This document shows, piece after piece, positions 37,744-50,600 of a stretch of DNA of 64,000 nt. Under the pieces are notes generated by a model, which was not told where the DNA came from, did not search any database, and was given only the letters and a program-made list of their open reading frames with translations. The stretch covers positions 4,650,001-4,714,000 of the forward strand of contig OX597823.1 in assembly GCA_951406725.2 (NCBI GenBank), written 5' to 3'. Each line of letters opens with the position of its first letter. The first letter of the stretch is position 1. The stretch is from Octopus vulgaris (taxonomy: Eukaryota). Position numbers and translations under genes: made by a program.

Positions 37744-40700
37744 GGATACAGGACATCACCAACAGTAAACAACATGAAATACAAAAACAAATTAGTTAAA
37801 TATGCAAATAATGAGAGGAAAAAATGGAAAACAAGACAAGTAATACAAAGAACGACCCTTCATCAGTTGTTGGCTGTCTATCTACTCCCCATTTTGAGTG
37901 ATCAACGACAATAGGAGTCTTTGAAGACAGTTGCTCCCATAAGTACCAAAATAAAATTTGGGGTTTATGGAGGGTCAAAGTTAGGAACAAAAATAGGACA
38001 GTGGAGATACTCAGGGAAACCGAATGAAAACAGACATGGAGGGTTGTTAGACCTGAATGAGAAGAAAATAGTGAATGCTGAGAGAAATATTTTCTTTGAA
38101 AAGAGAAAAGATAGAAGAGGGAAATAGGGAACGTCCAGTCTTTAGAAGGTCGTTCAGGAAAGAAAGATGGACGATGGTCACGTGTGAGCAATGAGAGAAA
38201 GACAAAGTGAAAGAGGGGGCGAGAGAGAGAGAGAGAGAGAGAGATAGGAAATGGTGAAAGGGAATTAGAGAGGATGTATGTATGTATACTGTAGTATTAG
38301 TTTGGTCAAATGTGGATATTTGCAGGTGTGGCTGTGTGATTGAGAAGTTTGCTTCTCAATCCCATAGTTTCAGGTTCAGTCCCACTGGATGACACCTTAT
38401 GCAAGTATCATCTACTACTATAGCCCCAAGTTAGCCAAAGCCTTGTGAATGGATTTGGTAAATGGAAACTGAAAGAAGCCCATCAGATATGTGTGTATAC
38501 CTGCATACTATGTATGTATGTATGTATATGTGTGCATATGTTTGTGTTTCCTTATTGAGGTAGTGTAAGGATCACAGTCCAACAAGCAATGTCAAGACAC
38601 TAATACCCACACACACACACACGTGTACACTAGGCCTCATTCAGTTTCTCTCAACCAAATTCACTCAGAAAGCATTGGTTGGACCAGAGCTATAGCAGAA
38701 GAGATTTGCTGAAGGTGCCCTGCGATGGGATCGAACATGAACATCCATGAATACATGGTCGGGAAACAAACTTCTTAATCATACAGGTATGCACAGATGT
38801 ATAAAAAAACCAAAAAGAGTTAAGATAATACGATCATTCATTTTTTTTCTTTTGTATTTTGTAGGAGAACCACATTCTTCTCCATTTCTCAGAAGAGAGA
38901 AATCTTTGACCAAATCCTGGCAGTCACCAGAGAAACACAAGACATCAGGAGAGGTTCATTTCAACAAGACAACAAAACCCGTTAAAGGACAGAAGTCTGA
39001 AGGTGAGGGATTCATCAATGGAAAAAAGAAAAACCAAAACAACCCTGATCCAAAAATTGTTACTTTAGTTAATGTTTACGACACATTTTAAGTAATTGTG
39101 ATGGAAGAATTTAGGATTGTTTTTCTACAATGATTTTGTTTGGATATTATTTGAAGGAGAGTTAGATGTCATTTCTAACGGATTGAATAAGCATATAGAA
39201 GCAGATCTATTCACTTTTGTAGATTGATAGACAAAACTATTTCAAATATGGGCACAAGACCAGCAATTTTAGTAGGAGAAGGTCAGTCAATTACATCAAC
39301 CCCAGTACATGACTGGTACTGAATATTATTGACACCAGAAGGATGTAAAGCAAAGAGGACCTCAGCAGGATTTGAACTGAGAGCATAAAGAGCTGGAACA
39401 AATACCACTAAGTATTTTTGTCTGAGGCACTAACCATTCTGCCAGCTCTGCAAAATTGAAAAGAGATATTGCCAAGGACCACAAAGTATTTTTGACTGAT
39501 TCTCAAAGGTTCTTTCGCCCACTGCTCCAATGCTTTTCATTTGTAGGAGAAACAGTTGAAATATTTTTTAAGTTAGTTTAGTTTTAATTGAATAATAATT
39601 GTTATTTGGTTGCTAAGTGGCACATAAAAAGCACCATCTGATCGTGGCCGTTTGCCAGCCTCGTCTGGCACCTGTGCTGGTGGCACATAAAAAGCACCCA
39701 CTACACTCACGGAGTGGTTGGCGTTAGGAAGGGCATCCAGCCGTAGAAACATTGCCAGATCAGACTGGGCCTGGTGCAGCCTTCTGGCTTCCCAGACCCC
39801 TGTTGCACCGTCCAACCCATGCCAGCATGGAAAGCGGATGCTAAACGATGATGATTATGATGATGATGAAAACTAGATATTTTCACAGTTAGGAGAAGTT
39901 CTGTTAGAATCCAGTCTGTAGCTCGTAAGACAAAAGAAAACAAAAAGAGTAAGGTACTCATGTGAGTAGAGAAGGAGGTGGTTCTATTATCAAGTGTTGA
40001 CAGGCTAAAATCTGCTGATAGAACAAGTGCAGGCCTCTTGTTATAGAAGAGATACATGGCAATAGAAAAATCAAAACCAAGTCTCTATTTGAAAGAAATA
40101 TTCTTTCAGACAAAAAAGAGAAGACTGGCTGGAATTCACTGACCAAAATCACTACCAGTACTTTTGATGAATTTTCCAACCAAACCAAAGGAAGTCCTTC
40201 CAAAACAACCAAAGTGGAATCGGTTCCTAAGATGAAAGATGTACGAAAATCTTGGGCCATGGGTACCCATGAGGTGAGTATTTAAGTTTTATTGGAGTTT
40301 CAACTGAAAATATATCTCATAACTATTGTTGTTGTTTAGCCCTGGGCCAAACCTGGTCGGAAAGACTTAGAAGTGGAAGCTTTCCAATTGTGACCATCCC
40401 TTCTGCATGGAACCCAGGAATTACAATATTTAACAGGTTCCTTTTTTAAGAATTGTAGATAGGTGCTAGTGTGGTTATGTGGTTAAGAAGCTTGCTTCCC
40501 CGCTTCCTGGCACCTTGGGCAAATGTTGTCTACCATAGCTGCAGGCTGCCCAAAGCCTTGTGGATGGATTTGGTAAATGGAGGAAACTGAAAGAAGCCTA
40601 CAATATATATGTAAGGCGGCAAGCTGGCAGAAATGTTAGCACGCTGGGCGAAATGCTTATTGGTATTTCGTCTGTCTCTATGTTCTAACGAACAAACAGG

Positions 40701-43700
40701 ACAATGATGAAAACAAGACAAACTAAAATAATTATAATAACTGTACATATACAATGAAAAAAATCTGTATGGCTACCAGACAGACAAATATGGGTAACGC
40801 AAAAGGACTGGAGACACAGGAAGGGAAGAAGTAAACAAACTGGGGAAGACAAAGTAAAGGAGCACCAAGAAGTGTGACCAATGAAGTTGGTAGCCCCATG
40901 GCGCCTGAAAGAGTAGTCTCAATGATAACAGCATGAAACTATTATCATCTCTTGGACATTCACTGATGAGGAATTAGCTATGAAATTTTCCGTGTGTTTG
41001 GTTTTGTCAAATTTTCTGTGTTTTTGTTAAATTTTTCCAGTTGTTTTTTTTATAAAAGTCCTGGTCCATCTTCTTGTTCTGTTAAAGTATTTGAGTAAAA
41101 TTATATTAATGTGTCTGACTGATTAAAATTCTGTTTATTTGTGCAGCTGATGGTAGCCCCGCATTTAAATTGATGTAATAATTGCATTGGTCAATTAAAT
41201 GGATCTGCTTCATACAGTCATACTGCATCACTGTTTGATATCCTGTTGCTTATTTTGATTTATATATATATATATTCATTTAGAGATAGTAGGCTCCTTA
41301 AATTAAATTTAAATTCTTTTATATGGTGGGATGAAGGGGCCTACTATCTCTAAATGAAAAAATATATATTTCCTCATTGAGAATAATTTGAACCCCTGTT
41401 ATGCCGGAATTTTTATTCCCTAACAAATAAAATTAAATATATATATATAATATATATATCTGTGTGTGTGTGTGTGTGTGTATATATATTATATATATAT
41501 ATATATAAGTTCAGCAAAAATTTAGATTCAAATGAATATGGTACTTAATTTAGATGCACCAGAATTTTGTATGGTGTTATCCATAAAAATCCGTGGGGTG
41601 ATTATAATCAAAATAAGCAACAAGAATGACATATGTTCTTAAAATTTAAATCCACATCTTTGTCTGTATATCTACCTTCTCTATAATGTTGCCACTTGAT
41701 TTGAAAATTTTTGTATTAATGGAAAACCTCTATAATTGGCTGATGAGTACTCAGCATCTTAAATCTGCTGTAATACTTACAACATTTAATAAAATGATGT
41801 AGTACGAAACGATCGTACCAAATTACTGGAGTCATTCTTGTTGCTTATTTTGAGTATATATATATATATATATGTACTTTATGTATGTACATTCCAGGAG
41901 GCAAACAACAGACCGACAACTCATTATATATCAATTACCAGCCCTAAATATTTACACAGCAAAAAGAAGCCTAATGAAGATGAGTTATTCTCTGATGAGC
42001 TGCCATCTACTCCAAGTTTGAAGTCTTATAGATCTGAGAAGAGTGTGGATGCTTTTAGTAATTCTACATATACTCCCAGGTAACTAACACACCATGAATG
42101 GGGGTTGTTTGATGTTTAGGGGTTAATAACTTAATGAGTAGTTATCATCATCATCGTTGTCATCTATATTACCATTGTTCATATCACCACCACCACCATC
42201 ATCCTTATTATTTCACATCTGTTTTCCATGTCCATGCTGGCATGATTTGGGTGGTTCAACAGGATGCAGCGGGTCAGGGGTCCCCCTTGTACTCCAGTGT
42301 TTGCTTTGGCATGGTTTCTGTGTCTCGATGCCTTTCCTAACATGAACCACCTTACAGAATGTGCTACATACTATTTCTCATGGCACCAGTAATGTAGAGG
42401 CTGCCCCTGCTAGCAACCTTCGCAAGCCTCCAATTTGGTTTATTAAACCCTTTACAGAGTATAGTGGGTACTCTTTTTTTGTGGTACAGCTCTGGTGTGA
42501 GTCCCTTGTAGCTCATAAGGCAAAAGAGAGCTCCCATGATGAGTGGAACAGATTTTTTATTATTGTTGTGAAAGGATGACCGTGGAGAGAATGAAAGAAA
42601 TTAGATTCAGCTCACCTTTGTTGATTGCTATTGTTGTCATTATTAAGAAACATGGATCAGCTTTTTTGAGAAGATATATAGTATAGAGACAGGTTCAACT
42701 TCTCATAGCTCTCCTGTGGTGGGTCAGAAGTTGCTGAAGGAGGTTTGACTATTACGTGCAACAGGTTGAACTGAACAGAAACTTCCTTCCTAGTTTGCAG
42801 TTTTTTAAAAACTACAGTTCTTTATTCTTAACACCTTTTCATATCTACCATTGACTGTCCCCCACTATCTTTGTTCATCACTGACTATATTTCCTCCCTG
42901 TGTATCTCTGACCATCATCTCTATCACTGGGTGCCTGTCTCTCTCTCCTCTTTTTCTCACACTCCATCTTTACCCTCTTGTCCTACATATAATCTCCCTA
43001 TTTTCTGATTTATCTGGAGTTTTAATATATGTCTTCCCTCCATCCTCTCCTTACTGCCACTTACCACCACCTCCTCCTCCTCCTGGAGATACTCCTAATT
43101 CTTTAACTTTCCCACTCAATTTATATTTACAGTCAACCACACCTCCATCTTTGTTTACCATTCACTACATTCACCTCTGTACTTCATCTCTAACCATCTG
43201 TCACTCTCTTCTCACATTCTTGTAAACTTACCCACCTGCCATCCCCAATCTTTGGTCACTATTCTACCTTCTTTTCACCTTATACCTTGAGAATTCCAGC
43301 TACTCCCATCTACCCTTATGTGGGGTAACCATTTATCTTCTCAAAAACTATGGACCTGCATCACTTTAAAACTTCAGCATCATTCAATATCGTTTTCCAA
43401 GGGTTGGACTGCTTGAGAGGAACTGGCAAGCCAGAGGGCTGCACCAGGCTCCAGCTGTTTGCTTTGGAATGGTTTCTACAGCTAGATGCCCTTCTTAATG
43501 CCACCCACTCTACAGAGTGTACTGGGTACTTTTTATATGGCACCGGTACTTCTTGTCTGGAAATGATCTAACTCAAGACCTTCCATCTAAATTTCATATT
43601 TATATTCCAAACGTCAGCCTAATGAGGACAATTATTTTAATAAACTCTTCATTATTTTCAAAATTAAATTAAATTAAACCAGTGTATTTTAGCAGAAATA

Positions 43701-45756
43701 GAGTAATGAAAAGGTTAATGAGTCAATCAATGAAACTCAAAACAGAATAATTTTGGTATTTATTGCAGATATTGAAAATGACAATTCTTTCTAATAATTC
43801 CTGCCATTTTTTAATCATTTTTCTTTTTTTTTTCATGAAGACGTGAAAGTTGTAAATCATTTAATGCTCTGAAGCATAAAGCGGAATTGGAAAGATTGAT
43901 TATGCTGGAGAATCGAATGATCAGTCCGGAACCTTCTCTAACAGGTGAAGATGAAGAGATTGATGGTGCCATTGATTTGTTAGGTGAGTTATAGAGTTTT
44001 ACTTGGACATGATTAATTATCAGTGATTGAACGCTTGCATGAAAGGCTACAGGTATCACAGCATCTTTGTGATATCGTTATTGCTATTACGTCTACTTTT
44101 CCATGCTTGCATGGGTTGGATGGAATTTGTTGAGGCTGACTTTCTAAGGCTGGATGCCCTTCCTGTCACAAACCCTTATCTGTTTCTAGAGAATGGTAAT
44201 ATTTTCCTCATGGCAAGACATGTCTTTCACAGAAGACTGGGGATCAGTAACACTGTTTCGGTGAAGGTGATGCTTGTTTGCAAGTAATGCCTGATGTCAA
44301 AGACAAGGAGATATAAACACACACACACACACATAAATACACAGACACAAACACACACACACACAGGCATGCTGACACTCACACACATGCTCACACAACA
44401 GGGTCTTCAGTTTCTGTGTACCAAATCCAACTCACAAGACTTTGCTTATCCTGGGGCTATAGCAGGAGTCACTTGCTCAAGGTGAATTGAACCTGAAACT
44501 TTGAGCTTGGGAAGTGAACTTCTGTGCAGTTGGGCCATACATAATTTTAGCACTGCTAATTTATCAATCAGATTCTCTTGCTATCATTCTTTTTACTGTC
44601 TTCTTATCTTCTTTGCCACTGTTACCCCCCCCCCCCCATTGATCCAGTTATCAAACATATGATAAAAGTAAACTTAGTGAATTATTAGGGAGCTGGCTTG
44701 TTGGCTGAGGTTCCCATGTCTGTGTCCTGTCACACATATCCTTAATTCATTTTGGGGGAGTCAACCCCTTTTGACAATAACCCACCAGAGACTATCCTTG
44801 CTCCTATGCTAAAAGCTTTCTCTTTTAAAGGGATCTAAATCAAAACCTTCCATCAAAGAACAATGTTGTTTTATTAAATTTGGTGTTATTTTCAAAATTA
44901 ATTGAAAGAAAGACAGAAATGTCAAGAAAAGAATTAAGTAGCCCTTTGTTCAAAGCCATGATCATCCATTCTTTTTTACATTTAATCACAATAAATCCCA
45001 GATTACATCCTCCAATGGTTTAGCCCTTCTAATACCTACCTACCTAGGACCACCACCCGGTTATATGATGTAGACTTCTTGTTTTAAAGGGATCTAAATT
45101 AAAACCTTCCATCAATATTTCAGGTTAATTTATTTTCCAAGCACCTGCTTAATAATGACAAAGTTACCTTTATTAAATTCTTCATTATTTTAAAAATTAG
45201 TTGAAACAAAGGCAGTGTATTTCAACAAATATGATAAGAAAAGGGTGAAGTGCTTAACCTTTTGGCACCAACTCATCAGAGATTGTCCCTGGTTCCATAA
45301 TACAAACTACCTGTTTTAATGTGATCTAAATTAAAATTTTCCTTCAAAATTTCGTTTTGATTTATGTTCTGCCCACCAGCTGAAAAATGACAAAGTTATT
45401 TCACTAAATTCTTCAATATTTTCGAAAATGTATTGAAATAAAGGCAGAATGTTTTCAGCATGAATTTAACCCCAGTACTCTACTTTTAAGAAGGGTACCT
45501 ATTCTAACATTTCTTTAACTGAACTGCTAAGTTATAGGGACATAAACACACCAACACTGGTTGTCAAGTGATTGTGGGAGAGAAACGCAAACACTTACAC
45601 ACCCACATGTATGTATGTATGTATGTATGTATGTATATATATATATATATATCATCATCATCATCATTTAGCGTCCGCTTGGTCTGGGAAGTCAGAAGGC
45701 TGCACCAGGCCCAGTCTGATCTGGCAATGTTTCTACAGCTGGATGCCCTTCCTAAC

Positions 45757-45799
<43 letters not shown>

Positions 45800-47580
45800 G
45801 ATGGGCTTCTTTTGGTTTCTGTCAACCAAATCCACTCACAAGGCTTCGGTTGGCCTAAATCTATAGGAGAAGACATTTGCCTAAGATGTCATGAAGTAGG
45901 ACTGAACCCAGAACCATGTGATTGGAAAGCAAACTTCTTACCACACAACCATGCCTGTCCCTATATATATCCTGGGTGTGTGTGTGTGTGTTCCCTCCTC
46001 CACCACTTGACAGTTACTTTCAGTTTGTTTGCCTCCCCATGACTTAGTGGTTCAGCAAAAGGGACCAACAGAATATATTGCCAGGCTTTAAAAAAAGTAG
46101 ATATCAGTTGTGATCAACTAAATCCTACAAGATAATGCTCCAGTATGGCCACACTCCAGTGGTTGAACAGGTTTTAAAAAAATATCTTTTGAAAATAATA
46201 AATTTGTTTCTATTTATCATCTTTTTGCAGAAAATCCCTCAGATTTGGAGTCCGAAGGAGTTTCTTCAGTTTCGTCTGTTGGCTTCAAGCTGAGCAAGGT
46301 CAGTAATATTTTGGTAATTTAGCATTAAGCCATTTGGAAGTAGAGATCTAATGATGCCATCATCATCATCATTGTTTAACGTCCGCTTTCCATGCTAGCA
46401 CGGGTTGGACGGTTCAACTGGGGTCTGGCAAGCCCGAAGGCTGCACCAGGCCAGTCAGATCTGGCAGTGTTTCTACAGCTGGATGCCCTTCCTAATGCCA
46501 ACCACTCCGTGAGTGTAGTGGGTGCTTTTTATGTGCCACCGACACAGGTGCCAGACAAGGCTGGCGAACGGCCACGCTCGGATGGTGTTTGTTACGTGCC
46601 CACAGCATGGAGGCCAGTCGATGCGGTACTGGCTACGGCCACGTTCGGATGGTTTTCTTATGTGCCACTGGCACTGGTACCACAAAATTACAAATTCCAT
46701 TGATGTTCATTGATTTTGATTTGATTTGATTTGATGCCATGGAATTAATAAAAGACACAGCAGAATCAAGAGGATAGAACTTCCCAGAGAATCTTTCTGT
46801 ATATAATGGCACAAATGGCCAGTCGGCTGGTTGGTTAATTTTTCCTGCCATGCTTTCCATTGTACAGAAAGGGTGAGATAGAATAAAAGGAAGATATAGA
46901 GAGAAGTGATATCGAATGTGCCAGATGAATGGAAGGAGAGAATCACAGAGACAGAGGAGTGAATGATAAAGTAGTTCTAGGAGGAATGAGAATTTTAATT
47001 TCTTAAATTATATTTTAAGATGGGATGGTAAGCGTTTTTGTTTTGAAAATTAAAATTAATCTCATCATTTTACCAAAGTACCAAGGAATTCGATAAAGTT
47101 AAATCATAACTACTGTATGTATGCCATATTGTCCGATATTACCCATGGTGGTAGAAGGGTAACTCCAGACTTACTTGTTATATGACAGGTAATATACTAG
47201 TAGATATACTGTGATATATTTTGGTAAAACCACTGAATCTTTTTGTGACCATATTTCTAAATAAATATATAACTGGCACTCCATCGCTTGCAACGACGAG
47301 GGTTCCAGTTGATCTGGTCTGCAAAACAGGCTGCAGGTGGTTGAGTACTCCCCAGACATGCCTACCCTTAAAGTAGTTCTCAAAGATATTCAGCATTACA
47401 CAGAATGTGACCCTTTGAAATACAGGTACTACTCATTTTTTCCAGCTGAGTAGGCTGGAGCAATGTGAAACAGAGTATCTTGCTCAAGGACACAGTGCAT
47501 CACCAGGAATTGAACTCCCAACCATACGACTGTGAGCTCATTACCCTAACCAATAAACCACATGCCTTCACTCTAAATAA

Positions 47581-47620
<40 letters not shown>

Positions 47621-50600
47621 TATTATTATTTTAAATAAATATATTTCTTACCTCAGTGGTTTTCAAGCATTTTTTACCTATTGACCCCTCTGATGCTCAT
47701 TTTACTCAGGTGGATCCCATAGTCATTTGAGGTTTTAAAAATCCTATTCTATTTTTATAATTAGATACTTTTAGAAATTGTATAAAAAAAAATTATGAAT
47801 ATATTTTGTGTAGTGGGAGACGAGCATTCTACCACTGAACCACCAGTGTAGCAATTTAATTTTAAAATTTTAACAACAAAATCTCATACGAACCCCCAGG
47901 GATCATATGGACCATTGGCTTACATCTTTTGAAAATAATCAAGGATTTAAATGGATTTAGTCAAATAAATAATTTTTATAAGATTAAGTTAATACTTGGA
48001 ACATAACTCTTAGTTCCTACCAAGGACAAGGAGTGCCCTTAAGAAACATCAAAATGCTTGGTAATTGAGTATTTCAAAGTCAAAAAGGTTGGATTTTTTG
48101 GGAGGGCCATGTGTAGAGAGCATTCTTGTCTATGGAGCTGAAATCTGGATTAAGAAGAAGGAGTTTTAAGAATACCTTACTGTTACGTACACTAGGCTTC
48201 TCAGTGGAGCATAAGCACGAGACCAAAAGGAAATTTATGGACTTATTCCACCCACCTTTACTATTGTTACTCAGTATAGGTTAAGCTGTGCTTGGGATGA
48301 CCACCAGGCTGTATCAGATGTTGGAGACTTCCACATCCTGATAGAGGACAAAGATCATTCAATTCATTGATGTCATTGTAGACACCACATGAAATTGTGA
48401 ACCTATCGCAGCCAACTTTTGAATTAAAATTTGTTTTGGCTCTAAACAAGATTTCACTTTGCCACATGGCTTTGAATGGCCCAATCAGTAACAAGCTACA
48501 TCTCATCCAACTATAAAAGAATGGGGTCACTTCCTTCCTGACAAATATTGGTCTAGAATATATGGAAATGTTTCATTTGTTACAGACTCTACGTCAAAGA
48601 GAAGATTCTCAAGTGAAATTGAACATCAAGTAAGTTTTATCTTTAATATTTTCACTGTTTAAAGCAGTGAGCTGGCATCATTGTTAATGCATTGGACAAA
48701 ATGCTTAGCAGCATTTCTTCCAACTGTATGTGCTTCTGAGTTCAAATGCTGTTGAAGTTGACTTTGTTTTCCATCTTTTTGGGGTTGATAAGATAAGTAC
48801 CAGTTGAATACTGGGGTCAAGGTAATCGACTTCCCCACTCCCACTAAATCGCTGGACTTCTGCCAAAATTTGAAATCAATATTTTCACTGTTATGTCTTG
48901 TATGTGTCTCATAGTTTTGGAAAATTGAAACATTTATGATTTGATGGTGCTTGTGATGTAGAAGTGAGTACCATTCTCAGTGAGATTAAGACAAAGAAAC
49001 TTAGATGCCTTGCCCAGTGGGGCACAATATAATGGCCATAATAAGATTTGAACACATGCCTGTGCAGTTAGTAGTTTAATACCATAATGTTACAGTCATT
49101 TTTTCTGATTTCATTATCATTTTTTAAAAACCCTTTTGACACCAACCTGTTTGATCGTCCTGGCTCCATGATACAGACTTCTTGTTTTAAAATTATCTAA
49201 ATTTGAATCTTCCATCAACATTTTATGTTCATCTATGTTGCAAACACCAGATTAATAACGACAAAGTTATTTTTCTAAATACTTCTTAGATATGAAGTAA
49301 CAAAAGGCTTAAAGTGACCTAAATTCCTAACATGGACTTTTGGTGGAAGGTTTTAATTAAGACCACTTTAAAACATAGAACTAGGGACAGTCTCAGGTTG
49401 GTTGATATCGTAAGGATTAATTGTATGGTATTGTGAAGTATCATTTTTCACAAAAAAGGAGAATATTTGTTATTGTCCTTTACATATTATTACTTTATAA
49501 ACATTCATGGTTGTGGTGTATGAGAAAAGTTTTTTTATTTCAAATTAAAACTGAGATTTTATTTAGATTAGAATTCAATATGTTTAACATTTTTGAATAG
49601 TAAGTTTTTTGTCCTTATTTATTTCACAGATTGTATCCCAGTGCAAGTGACTTAGAATCCGGTAAGTTCATTATTATTCTTGTAGTTGTTATTGTTTAAA
49701 ATTGTATTTAGTCTTACATCGAATGGTCTACACATGTGTTATGCATAAGTATGGGCCAAATTAACGAGATATCATCTTTGCTGCTGGTGGCAGTGGTGTT
49801 GCAGGTGTCATTGTCATCAATGTTTTAACGTCCACTTTTCCATGCTTGCATGAGTCTGACAGAATTTGTTGGGGGTAGATTTTCCACAGTTGCATGTGCT
49901 TCTTATCACGGATCCTCCTTTATTTTGAGCAAGGTAATATTTCCCAATGGTCAAACATGTTTTCATGAAAGACTGGAAACAAACACCACCACTTGTATGA
50001 GGGTGACACTCATTTACAACTATCCCTTAATGGCAAGAAAAGGTACACACAAGCACGTGTATATATCTTTATGTATGAAGAAATATATGTGTTTGTATGT
50101 GTAAATGTGTGTGTGTGTGTGTGTATGTATTTATGTGCATCTGATCAAACTCAGATGATGTAAAGCTCTGCTGTCTCTCATAAATTTCTCTCCATTCAAA
50201 TTGACCCCTAAAGGACCGTGTCTGAAATGTTTAATTGTCCACTCCTCACATCAAAGTTACTGTATTGTTTTTGTCGATTCTACCACACTATATACATATA
50301 TTTATTATTATTATGGTTCCGGGTTCAGTCCCATTGTATGGCACCTTGGGCAAGTGTCTTCTACTATAGCCTTCGGCCAACCAAAGCCTTGTGAGTGGTT
50401 TTGGTAGACGGAAACTGAAAGAAGCCCATTGTGTGTGTGTATATATATATACATTTATGTGTGTCTTTGTGTCTATGTTTGTCCCTCCACTGTTGGTGTG
50501 TTTATCTCCCTGTAACTTAGTGTAACTTGTGGTTTGGGAAAAGAGACTGATAGAATAAGTACCAGTCTTACAAAGAATAAGTCCTAGGGTCGATTTCTTC

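Noticed and set aside
37850-37900. Minus-strand CTGATGA in a repeat-like segment
   Set aside because: No stem II closure or GAAA partner found.
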